Assembly: GCA_016748015.1 (NCBI GenBank)
Contig: JAAOMT010000061.1
Coordinates: 62,001-126,000 of the forward strand
DNA: 64,000 nucleotides
Direction: 5' to 3'
Origin: Geosiphon pyriformis uo1
Lineage: Eukaryota; Fungi; Glomeromycota
Positions within the stretch are counted from its first letter, which is position 1; each line of letters begins with the position of its first letter. Of this stretch, positions 40,251-52,600 are shown one piece after another. Under the pieces are notes generated by a model, which was not told the DNA's origin, ran no database searches, and was given only the letters and a program-made list of their open reading frames with translations. Made by a program: the position numbers and the translations under genes.

Positions 40251-41162
40251 AAAGTTATAACTAACTTTAATTTAATAAATAAATATTATATATTAAATAA
40301 GCTTGGTCAAAACAAAGTTTTTTCTTTTTTGTTATAACATATATTCTATAATTTTTGATTGTGCAAAATAAAACATAATAAAAGTTTATATAAATATAAA
40401 TTAAATACAAAAAAATTAATAAGCAAGCTAATGCAAAAGTTCTAAAATTTAAATCAATAAAATGTAATTGATTGCATCTATGTAATTTGAAAATTATAAC
40501 TATGTAATTATTTTTAATTATATAAATATTATTTTATGTTTAAAATAAATTTTTGATTTTTGTTATATTTATAATTAATTGTGTATTTGTTTTTAGTGCT
40601 AAATATTGTATACAGCATCAAATTATGCAATATGGAAATAATTGAAATTTACTTATTAAATTGTAAAGCATAAACCAACACAAACAAAATAATAAAACTA
40701 AAAAATAATTAAAATGGTCAAATGTACACTAACACAAATTTTTTGGTGCAGAATCAACAACTTTCAATGAAAATATCGATCTTAAAACATTCCTAGTTCG
40801 CGATTCAGACGCGAAACTTTGATTATTTCAAAATTTTCTTGCATTCAAATTTCATTGTCACACTACTATGTCTGTGACTACTGACCTGAAGTAGATCCCT
40901 ATCTCAAAAATGAACAACTTCTGGTTGATATACATTCCTGGTAAAAGATAGGGATAATCTATTCTTTAATATTTGACGCAAATCTACTTCCTTAATATGG
41001 GGTTCTCAAAAGTTGAGGAATTTTAGTTGATGAGAATTCGTAAATTTGCTTAAAAAAAAAAGGAATCACAACAAATTTTCAATGAAATAACATAACCAGC
41101 TTCGAAAAAAAATAATTACTTGTAATCTTGACGGAGATTTATGTCTTCAAATAATCAGTTAT

Positions 41163-42665
<1,503 letters not shown>

Positions 42666-42800
42666 GTTGTGCTTTTTATGAGTCTTACAATTAGTGACTG
42701 GTTACAAAAATATTTTTTTGCGATCTCTTCCCATGCACAAAAGTCACTGGACATGGGGAATCATATCATGCATAGCCCATACCCGGTGATTTTTGTATTT

Positions 42801-43330
42801 ATTTGCACACCAAGGCAAGCAAAGAAACTCGGCATCTCATCGGACACGTTACGTCTTTAGGTTAAGCTAAGAAATCTCGTCTTTACGATAACTCCTTCCT
42901 TTTTCCCGAACTAAATCCCTAAAATACAACCACGGCCGCACCTCCACTATCAAGAAAGATTACCTCTACGCCTATGTCTCTAGTACCAAGAAAAAGGTAT
43001 CTGGCGATAAAAGGGGCTTTTCCTTTCTCGATTTACAACTTATGAACTTCTCAGCGATATCGCCTCAGGTGTCAACTTCAAACGAGCGGGACTTAAGCCC
43101 TATTGGAACGGGCAAGTCACCCCATTGCGGCCGTCTCTGCCGCTTTGCCTTCGACCTACAATACATCATTCTGCAAATCTCGTGGTTCTCCTTGGCGATG
43201 AAATCTCCGACGAGCGCGAACTTTCCCAGGTTATTTTTGTCATCAATAATATCTTAATCTGTAAATTTCAAGGACGGCGATCAGCTAAATAGAGAAGAGA
43301 GCGCTAGAACAAGCAAAAAGCGCAAGACGA
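42801..43330 (+). pseudogene. tnpA: IS607-family TnpA (MerR-type HTH plus serine recombinase) remnant
   Basis: TPRQAKKLGISSDTLRL*VK...ITPS (HTH); KKDYLYAYVSSTKKK (YARVSS, 42967-42984); DIASGVNFKRAGLK (43056-43097); RLCRFAFDL (43132-43158); LVVL...SDERELSQVIFVINNILICKFQGRRSA. Confidence 0.85.
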
Positions 43331-44035
43331 AAATCAGGACAATGGGAGCACGCAACAAATGACGACGCTCGGGAGAAACTTTCAATCACACGGTATTGGT
43401 CAAGGTCTATCCCAACTACCTTCAGAAGCATTTATTAAAGTGATAGATTGGCTTGGCTAGGTTTACCTTTAATACCGTAGTGAGATGGAACAAAAGACGT
43501 TGTGTTGTGTTTAATCAAAATGGCATTACGGAAATGAAATGGCCGAAGCCTATGACGTTTCAACAAAATGTCTTCACTTTCGGCTATTGGGACCAACGCA
43601 AGTTTTATAGAGCTATCGTCCGTCTCAGCATGCTCTTACGAGGTTGCTTAGGTTCAGGGACTAATATCACTTATGAAACCAGTAATCAGGCTCTAGGGGC
43701 ACGAGACAAAATTATTAGAAGGCAATGTAAAGCGAAAACAAGGTGCCCCATCACAACATCTTTCTTTCCATTCACTTAAGTCATTGTGGAACCGTTTAAA
43801 AAATTTAGTTTCCCGAAAAAATTTCTGGTCTACCTTTTTTAATTTAATTTTTTCACAATAAGGATGGCGCGTGTAATGGGCTATTTCCACTGGCGAGGAG
43901 TTAGTGTTGTCATTCCAAATGAGGCTTATACAACCAGGACTTGTGCTGGTGTGGCAACATAAAAAGTGGGTCCGAAGTGTATAACTGCCGGACTTCCCGG
44001 GCTGTTATGGACAGCGCTCGGGGATCTTCTGAGCA
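43042..44035 (+). pseudogene. tnpB: TnpB/Fanzor2 RNA-guided nuclease remnant
   Basis: N-terminal STSNERDL..PYWN..SWFS; VLVKVYPNYLQKHLLK**IGLARFTFN (HTH_OrfB-like, ~43393-43473); WNRLKNLVS (~43787); WRGVSVVIPNEAYTTRTC.WCGNIK...SEVYNCRTSRAVMD..SARG (Zn ribbon/RuvC-III, 43891-44025); RuvC-I not found. Confidence 0.82.
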
Positions 44036-44334
44036 TTTTTTGATTGAGCCTGATCTTCTGAGGGTCATGCAGGAAATAATAATTATACTATAATTCATAA
44101 GGTACACCATATTTATTGTTTAGAAAAATTGGGAATTGTTTTATTTTAATTCGGACGGAATATTATAAACACAACAAAAAAACTTCATACATTATAATAA
44201 AGTCGATTTTTATAAACATTATAAATATTAATGAATATTTTGTTTATATTTACCACAAGTCCTGAAATTTTTATTTATTTTAAAAATACAAATCGAAAGT
44301 AATTTAATTGTATTTAAAATAAAAAATTTATTTT

Positions 44335-44470
44335 ATTTTTTATCATTATGCTTTAGGTATAGTCCAACCACCGACTATTCTCGCACGGCGTGAGTGTCAT
44401 ACATTAAATGTGGTTCGTGGATAACTGCATGTGACCAGCCACCTGAGCCGATCAGTAGCCAAAGACTACT
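44335..44470 (-). repeat. solo, CpG-intact copy of the shared non-LTR 3' tail (SINE-like or extreme 5' truncation)
   Basis: Minus strand CTGATCGGCTCAGGTGGCTGGTCACATGCAG...CACGAACCACATTTAAT...GGTGGTTGGACT plus A-rich end resembles 40115-40225 and the other tails. Confidence 0.7.
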
Positions 44471-47049
44471 AAAAATTATATATACATATATTTTTTGTTT
44501 TAATAAAGTGCGACTCACATACTTTTTCCATGTAATTGGCCAGTTAAGACCATACAATGTTGAATCTAATATTACTTTGAACAGTCATTTTATCCATATA
44601 CTTACAAAAAATATTATTTTTAATTAACCTATTCATTTAACCAACAGTTTTCTAAGAATTAAACTTAAAATTAAAAGCATTCAATTTTTATGGCATTATT
44701 ATTTTAACAAAAGTTTCTTTATCTAAAAATAAACTTTTAATAATATTAGCTTACATATTATTTTGAATATTATCTAAGTTGTATTCTATATTTATTTTAA
44801 GATTAATTACTTTTTTATTCAAATTAATAAAATTTTACCAAAAATACCAATATTATAATTCAAAACAAGAATTTATTTATTTATTTATTTATTTTATAAT
44901 CTATAATTGGCAATATTAATAATAAGAAATATAATTAAACAGACCAAAAATCTAATTAATTTAATAATAAACTTGATTAACAAAAACAGATTAACAATCT
45001 AGAATTTTAAAATAACCAGTCTAAAATCAAAAACTATATTAAAAATAACAAAAAATTGGAAAATCAAAAAAAACAATAGTTTTTATATATAATTTTAAAC
45101 CAATAAAGTAGATTTTAAAAACTTTAAAATTTATTAAAAATTTAGATAAAAATATTAAAAAACAATAATAATTAACTAAATAATCTAAATTTTAATATTA
45201 AAAGCAATACTAACAATCAAACATTTATTATTTTCAAAGAAATTTAAGTTGGTAAAATTAGGTTTTTAATTGAAATTATTGTTGTTATTAGTTTTATTGT
45301 TCTAATTGTTATTATTTCTAAGAACCAAAAAAAGCAAAAAAGAATTATTACAATCTTTTAAGAAATATTTAATTAATTCACAGCAATAACACACAAATAT
45401 ATCACAATTTTGTTGTTTTTGATTATAAAATAATTGTTAAAACTAATTATAGTAAAAGTTAAATTTGGATCTTTGAAGTTATTAGATTTTTTTTATTGTT
45501 TAAGCTAATAATTTTAATAATTAAACAAAATTAATAGTAAGACTATTTATTTATTAATTGTTTATTTGAGTCTTAAGTTTGAACAGTAAAAAAAATAGCA
45601 GCTATTTAAAAAGCTAAAGCCATAACAAAAGCAAAAGCAAAAATTAGAAATGTAAATTCTAAATGTATTTTTTGGTTATCTTTGATTTTTTGATTAAGTT
45701 TAATAATTATATTTATTATAAAATTGTTTTTTAAAGCCAAAAGAAGCCAAAAAGCATATAATAAGTCAGTTTTTAATTTTTTTATAAAAGAATAAATTAT
45801 CTGTTTTTTAGTTTAATTTTTTTTAGTATTTACTTATTTAATTAGTTTTTTTATAATCTTGACATATTTAATTACAACTTTATCAAAATTTTGAGTTTTT
45901 TTTAGTTTTATATACTATTTGAAAAATAAAAATAAAATTTTAAATATGAATTTAAATTATATAGTAAAAAAAGTATTTTTTTTTAGTCTGTATTAATATC
46001 TATTTAATAATTTTTTATAGTATACTAATATTAGTTTTTTGTAAAAACCATGTAGCAAAAAAGTTTAAAAATAGCCAACTATAATTTGGAATTTATATTT
46101 AGCATTATATTAATTAATTGTTGTGACTTTTTTAAAATTATCTAATTATTTAATTAAATTTTATATATTATCTTGAAATAAGAGTAGTAAAATATTGTTT
46201 TTTTATTTTAAGTTAATTTGTATATCTTGAAAAACAGCCAAAATATTTGTTTATATTGAATTATTAGTTATTGGTTCAAAAATAACTGTTTTTATAGAAA
46301 AGTCTAATTTACTTAAAAAAAAATCAAAAACAAAAACAGTTTAATAGCTTTCTTTTTTTGTTTTAAAAAAGTTTTTAATTAATTAATAAGCAATTATTTA
46401 AATATAAATTTCGAAATTAGGTATTAATTGTTTAAAAATTACAAAATATAAAAGCTGACTAATATTGTTATTTCTTTTTTTAAAAAAGTTTTTAAAGTAA
46501 GTTTGATTATAAAAACATATAATATAAACAATATAAGTTTTAACTGAATATTTATTTAAAAACCAGTTTTAAAAGTTTTAAATTTGTTTATTAGATTGAT
46601 TTAAAACAGAAAAACAAATTAAACAAAAAAACAAAAAAGTTAAATTTAATAAAATTTAAATCATTTTTGTTTGTATACTTTAAAGTATTTTTTTAATTAT
46701 TATAGTAAGTATAAATAATTATTCATATAATAAAAAACAAAATAAATTTTAACAATCTTACAAAAAACACTACTTTTATATTATAAGTTAAAATAACAAA
46801 CTAATAAATAACAAGCTTGTATAATAATAAAATTAATCAAAAAAAATTTAACTTTAAATAAAAAATTAAATTAGTATAAATTCAATATGTAAAATCAGTT
46901 TTATAAATATCTTAACTACTATTTTTTTAAAAAATAATAAAAAAATTTGAAAGTAAAGAAATAGAAAAAAACTTTTTTTCTTGTTTATTTCAATAATTAT
47001 TAAAAAGCTTATATTTAATAGAAAAAGTTTTTTTTAGTTTCTTATTTTA

Positions 47050-49600
47050 ATCATTTAATTCGACAAATCTAAACTATTCTTATTTAATCATGAGGCTATT
47101 ATTGATCTTAATATTGTTGTTATGAAAAAAACTGCTAAGATTTTCAGTTTTAGACTTACTAATAAAAACATTTTTTTTAGAAAAAAAAAGAAGTGTTTTA
47201 GAAGATAGTATAATAAACAAAAATAAGTCTAATATAAATCTAAGTAATGTTTCTTAGAGTTTTAAGACTGGTAATATTATTAAATCCAATAATGTAGATA
47301 TAAAAAAAAAGTTTTGATAGAAAAAACTAGTATAGATTATGGTGTGAAAACTGTTTTTGGTAAGAATAATTTGAACTAAATGTTAAAAAATCTTAAATTA
47401 GTGACCAAAAAAGTCTTTGATGTATTTTTAAAAAAGATTAATTTCTTAAATAGCAATAGAAATGATGTTTTTTTGAATTTTTTTTCAGTTTTCTCTTTTT
47501 TTTAAAAAATTTGGTCAATATATTTGTTAAAAAGTTTTTCACTTTAATTTTAAAAAAAGCTCAATTTTGTTAAAAAGCTGTTTTCAAAAATCAACAATTT
47601 TAGGGAAAAGTCTTTACTTCCTTAAAATTTGCTGAAATCATCTATACAACTTTTACTTCTAATTTTAGTATAACACAGACAACAAAAATGGTAAATGCAA
47701 TAAACATTCAGATAAACACTAATCTGAAAAATTTATTTATGTATTTAAATTAGACTGTAGTAATAAAAAAAATTCCAATTAGAACATTAACTAAGACTAT
47801 ATGTACTGTACTATTTAAGTTTAAAAAAATTAATTTAATCAAAATACAATTAATAGAACTTTAGCAAAAAACTGTGATTAAGTTTAAATATTTTAATCAT
47901 GTTAATTTAATTATAGCAAAGTGGTTTATTCTGGTTAAAAAAGATGTAGTATAAGTTACTAGGATAAATTTGGACAAAAACACATGAAATACAAAGAATT
48001 GATATAAAATACTGCTTTATACATTGCCAATAGAAACAAATACTATGATATTTGAGATTTTATTAAGTCTGTAAGTAAGAAAACATGTATCATAAATTGA
48101 TATCTGATCATATATGCCAAAGTTAGATGTGCAGTAATCTGTTTTAATTCAAATAAATTGTCAGATAATGTTATAAAAACTATGTTAGTATTAAAAAGCA
48201 CCAACCTAAAATAGTCTTGGCTAGACTTTGCTAAGTATGCTAAATATAAAAATATGAGTTATACTTCTATAGAATATATTGTGAATAGAAAAATATTTTT
48301 TGGTGGTTTTTTTTATAAAATATTATCAAAAGCAGATAAAAGCAGATTGGCCACAATTTATGCTAAATATTCAGCACTTATATTTTGCTGTCTCTTTTAA
48401 AAGCATGTTTTAAACCAAAGTTGTTGGTAGATTTTTGTTCTTTCTTTTCTTATGCAAAAAAAATTTGTGAATTTTGATTTTTTTCTGGTAGTAAAATTTA
48501 TCCCACCCATATCAAAAGATTTGAATAATAAATTTGCTACTCTTGAATACAGTTTTGCTAGTCTTATAAAAAAGATTAATAAACTGGCTAAAAGATTGAA
48601 CATACTTAGGCCAATAGTTTTCTAGTTTAGTCCTAAATATTAGCTATTGGTAACTGTTTTATTATAAAATCAAAAAACAAATATAGTAATAAATAAAAGT
48701 TCAAATATGGTTACTAATAATAAAATTGTTATAGAAGTGGATTTTTTGAATTTGTTAATAGTTTTTAAATTGAAAACCAGTATAATAAACTTTTTAGATA
48801 TAGTTATAAGCCTTTTAACCAAAATAGAAAATTTTAGAATGGGTACAGAATCTAATTTTTCTTAATAACATATCTAATTTAGAGGGTTATTATATGCAAT
48901 ATTAGAGAAATAAGTAATTCTGCTAAACAAAAAAATATTATTTGATGACACAAAAACAAAGACAATTCTGTATCTATTATTATAAAGACAAAGTTAAAAG
49001 ATAAAATTTATCTGTAAATTATAAATAAATTTGAAAAAATCAGAGTTTTCATTTTAAGTATTGGTTTTAATTATCTGAGTTCTTATGTTGTTGTAATTAT
49101 TAACAATAATATTGCTAAACACATTTACAAAGTTTTGGAAGTAACTAGTCAGTTGTTGTTAATATGTTTGCTTTTTAAGAATTGTCTTTCAGTTTTGATT
49201 CTAAGTTTGTATACTGGTACTACTTTGGATCCAGTCTTATAATATCAATTCTATAGTAATTAATGCTCTACATATTAGTACATTTATGGTTTTTAAGTGC
49301 AATTTCAATAAGAATAATTCTAATTACAATGTGAGTTTCAGAAAATTTTTAAATCTGGATCTATTTAATTTTTTTAGTAATTTATTATTACATAAGTTTT
49401 CTATGTAGTTCAATTTTAAAAAAGTTAATAAATATATTAACTTTGTTCTAATTAATGAAAGTCTTTGAGACTTAAGTTTCAACCATTGTGTTTATTGTTT
49501 GGATGAATTTTTTAATACTAATTATTTAGTTATATCTGTAAATATTGGTTTGAAGAGTTTTCTCAATTCTTAGCTTAATTTAGTATGTAAACAAATTGTC
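47050..49600 (+). mobile_element. highly degraded LINE 5' part (ORF1 plus APE endonuclease)
   Basis: VVIKKIPIRTLTKTI...KWFILVKKD (ORF1-like, ~47760-47945); ICNIREISNSAKQKNII (APE start, ~48890). Confidence 0.72.
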
Positions 49601-52600
49601 AAATCTAGCTAATTCTATTGTATATTTAATATATTTTGCTTCTTTTATTTAGTAAACATTTTTTTGAATAGTTTTATTGATTAAGATTATAATAAAATTA
49701 TAAATTATTTTAGCATCATGTAAATAATAATAGAGTTTGTTAAAAACACTGTTGTATACTACATTAAATAGTGTTTTTTTTTTGACTTTTTCTAAGATTG
49801 ACAAAGCATATTGGCAAGTTTGATTGCAGATTCCTTTTTTTATTGCAATATTAATTCAGTTGTATTTCTTTGATAGTAATTTTCTATATGTAAAACAGAA
49901 TGTGTTGTTTTATTTTTCACTTCATTTTGGGCTGCCAAATTGTTTTTGATAGTAGATTTTATAGTAATAGCAAGTATAAGTTTCATATTTCTTCTCAAAC
50001 AATATACAAGCTTCTATTGATGAAAGTTTTTTGTTGCAGTTTTTGTATCCAAGTAAAATATATAATAATTGTTTTCTTGGTTTTGGTTTTAAATATGAGA
50101 CATACCAATTATTAACTTATTTAGTTGTAAAAGTAAATTATTAACTGGTTTTTTTAGACCATAATAATATTAGTTGTAATATTTCAAATAATTGTTCTGT
50201 TTTTTTAGCCCAATTAAATGTTAATTTAAAAGCCATATAAGTTTTAGTAATTGGTTTTTTTAAATTCAAATACAAAGGCTTTTTTAGATTGTTTGTTGAA
50301 AATACTACAAATAATAGGTACTTAAGTGTATTATTCTTAATATGAAATTTTGAGTTCTTGGGTTTTTCAATCTAAATTTGCATTGGTTTTAAGAAGCCAA
50401 TTGTTTTTAATTAAAACTTAGTATTAGTATTTATAATTAAAACTTTTACTAAGATAATGATTCCATTAATAATAAATAAGAAATTATCAATTTTTCTAAC
50501 TGGATTTTTTTTTATATTATTAGTTATAACAATGACTATCTGAACTGGTTGGTTGATACTATAGTTGAGTTGTTGTATTAGTTAATAAATAATAATGTTC
50601 TAACTAATTTATTATCTAAAATTAATCAAATAAGTCTTTCTTTAACTTCTGCTTTAGTATACATAGCAATAATTGTATTTTGTTTTGTAATAGCTGTATT
50701 GTTAAGCAAAAATAGTGATTCATTTGTTTTGAATTCAAATAGAAAAATATCTGAAAGATTGGCATTTTTAGCAATTTTGGCTGATAGAATAATATGAATG
50801 TTTTTAAAGAGTTTTGTCTTATTGCTGTAGCTTTATATTTAAAAAATGCAGTTTAATAAAAATCTGATTCTTCTAGTATTGTAAAATAATTGGTTTAAAT
50901 ATAATAATATGTAAGTTTTTGCTAAACTGAATTTTAGAAAACTAATTAGTTGTTAAAATTAAATCTATTATTGCTTATTGCAAATTGGTTTTATTGTGCT
51001 GTTTTTCTGGCTAGTATTTAGTATTATTGTATAGATAATAATAAATATTGTTAACTCTGTAAGAATTGCTAATATTGTTATTATATTAGTTGAAAAACAG
51101 ATTGATGATAGTTATTTTAAGGTCTTAATAAGTAATATATAAATAGTGGTAGTTAATAATATAACTGTTAAGATTGATTATTTCTTTGCTATTAATTTTG
51201 TTACATTTTTTGGCAGTTTTATTTTTAATGTTCTGGAATTCTACAATAATAAGAGCTTTAAAATTAATTGTTTAATAATAAAAAGTTGCTTTGATTTCAT
51301 TATTTTGGTGGTTAATATTTCTGTTGTTGCTGTTGTTAATTTGTAAAATAGTTTTTGACTTTCTTTGTAAATTGGTCAATTTTTTTTTTAGCTATTGAAC
51401 TGGTTTTTTCAATAGCTAAGTTAATAAACTTTGTGCAATTGGCTTTTTCCATAATTATTTTATAGGCTTTAGCATGTTAAATAACTGTAGCTAAATCTTT
51501 TAAAACATGTAAATAAACTTTTTTGATTAATTTATCTTTAAAATTAGCAATAAATTGATTCAAAATTTGAGTATTGAAATAGTAATTATTGGTTTTTAAT
51601 TGTTAAATTCTTTTAAAAAGTTTGTTAAACTTTTTAAAATAGGTTATAATAGATTTAAAAAGTTTTTGTTTGATGTTTTGAGATTGGGTTTAGAGAATAA
51701 TAAAAGTATTATTAGTAATAAACTGTTCTAAGAAAGCATTTTTGAATACTTGTTAGTTTTTAAAGAGTGTATTTAAGTTCTTAAACTATTTTTTTAATGT
51801 TGTTTAAAGAAAGTAAAGAATTGTTTTTATATTTTTGCTGTATTTTAACCATTAATATTTTTTGCTTTTAAAATTTTATCAAGTTATTCTTGAGAACTAA
51901 TATTAGTATTTTCTCTTGTAAATTCAGTAATTTTTGCAATATTTTTTTTTATAACATTTAATGAGTGAGGCCTAAATGTTACCTAGCACAATACATTAAA
52001 TTAAGTGATCTAAACTAGGCACAAACTATGTATTTTCTATATATAATCAGCCACTTAGACTAATCAGAGCAACACTACAAATCTATTATAACAGATACCA
52101 CACTATCAATACCAGAAAAAAAACAGCAGAGTTTATAAAAACCAAAACAGATACCAAGTGTCTTAGCAACCCCAAACAACCTAACTACCCTAACCAAAAG
52201 CAAAAATAACAGACCTCAGGTTACAAAAGAAACAGAACCATCATGATGAACTAAACCACCTTTCTCCATAAAAGCCTTATATTTGGCTCTAACCAACCAT
52301 ATGTCAGTATGGTGAACAGCACCAAAATTCCAAACAAAGTTAATAATAATTCTTCTTGCAAACTTAACATCATCCAAAACGAATACAGCCTCCAGATACC
52401 AATCTCTAAACAAGAAGCCTTTGTACAAAGTGGTATATAGCACATTATCAGAAGCATACAAAGAAAGCACCTGTGAGATCTAAGACAAAGAGAAACCCAA
52501 ACCAGACACAGTACGCCACTTAGTCAGATGGGAAGCAAGCAGATTTTTATGAACTTCAAAGTCAAATGCATACACAAAAGAGTGATTAGAGCTTTTCACC

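Larger units (their letters stand above)
42790..44060 (+). mobile_element. fossil IS607-like element (TnpA serine recombinase plus TnpB/Fanzor2), internally deleted; ends not resolved
   Basis: An ordered set of TnpA and TnpB motifs across frameshifts (see the next two features); GC/CpG-richer than the flanks. Confidence 0.85.

Noticed and set aside
43453-43779. Intact 108-aa protein, or a functional Fanzor
   Set aside because: Only its first residues match the TnpB HTH; upstream stops, frameshifts and a missing RuvC-I show a pseudogene
42790-44060. Bacterial or endosymbiont contamination explaining the IS607 sequence
   Set aside because: It is pseudogenised and contiguous with an intron-containing gene and host retroelement tails; ancient horizontal origin remains possible and a read-level check is still advised
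44335-44470. tRNA, 5S rRNA or snRNA gene
   Set aside because: No cloverleaf or 5S/snRNA motifs recognised; it matches the retroelement 3' tail instead
44560-47050. Possible gene or additional element in very AT-rich DNA (also 33190-34450 and 63320-64000)
   Set aside because: No ORF or motif I can support; probably terminally eroded repeats
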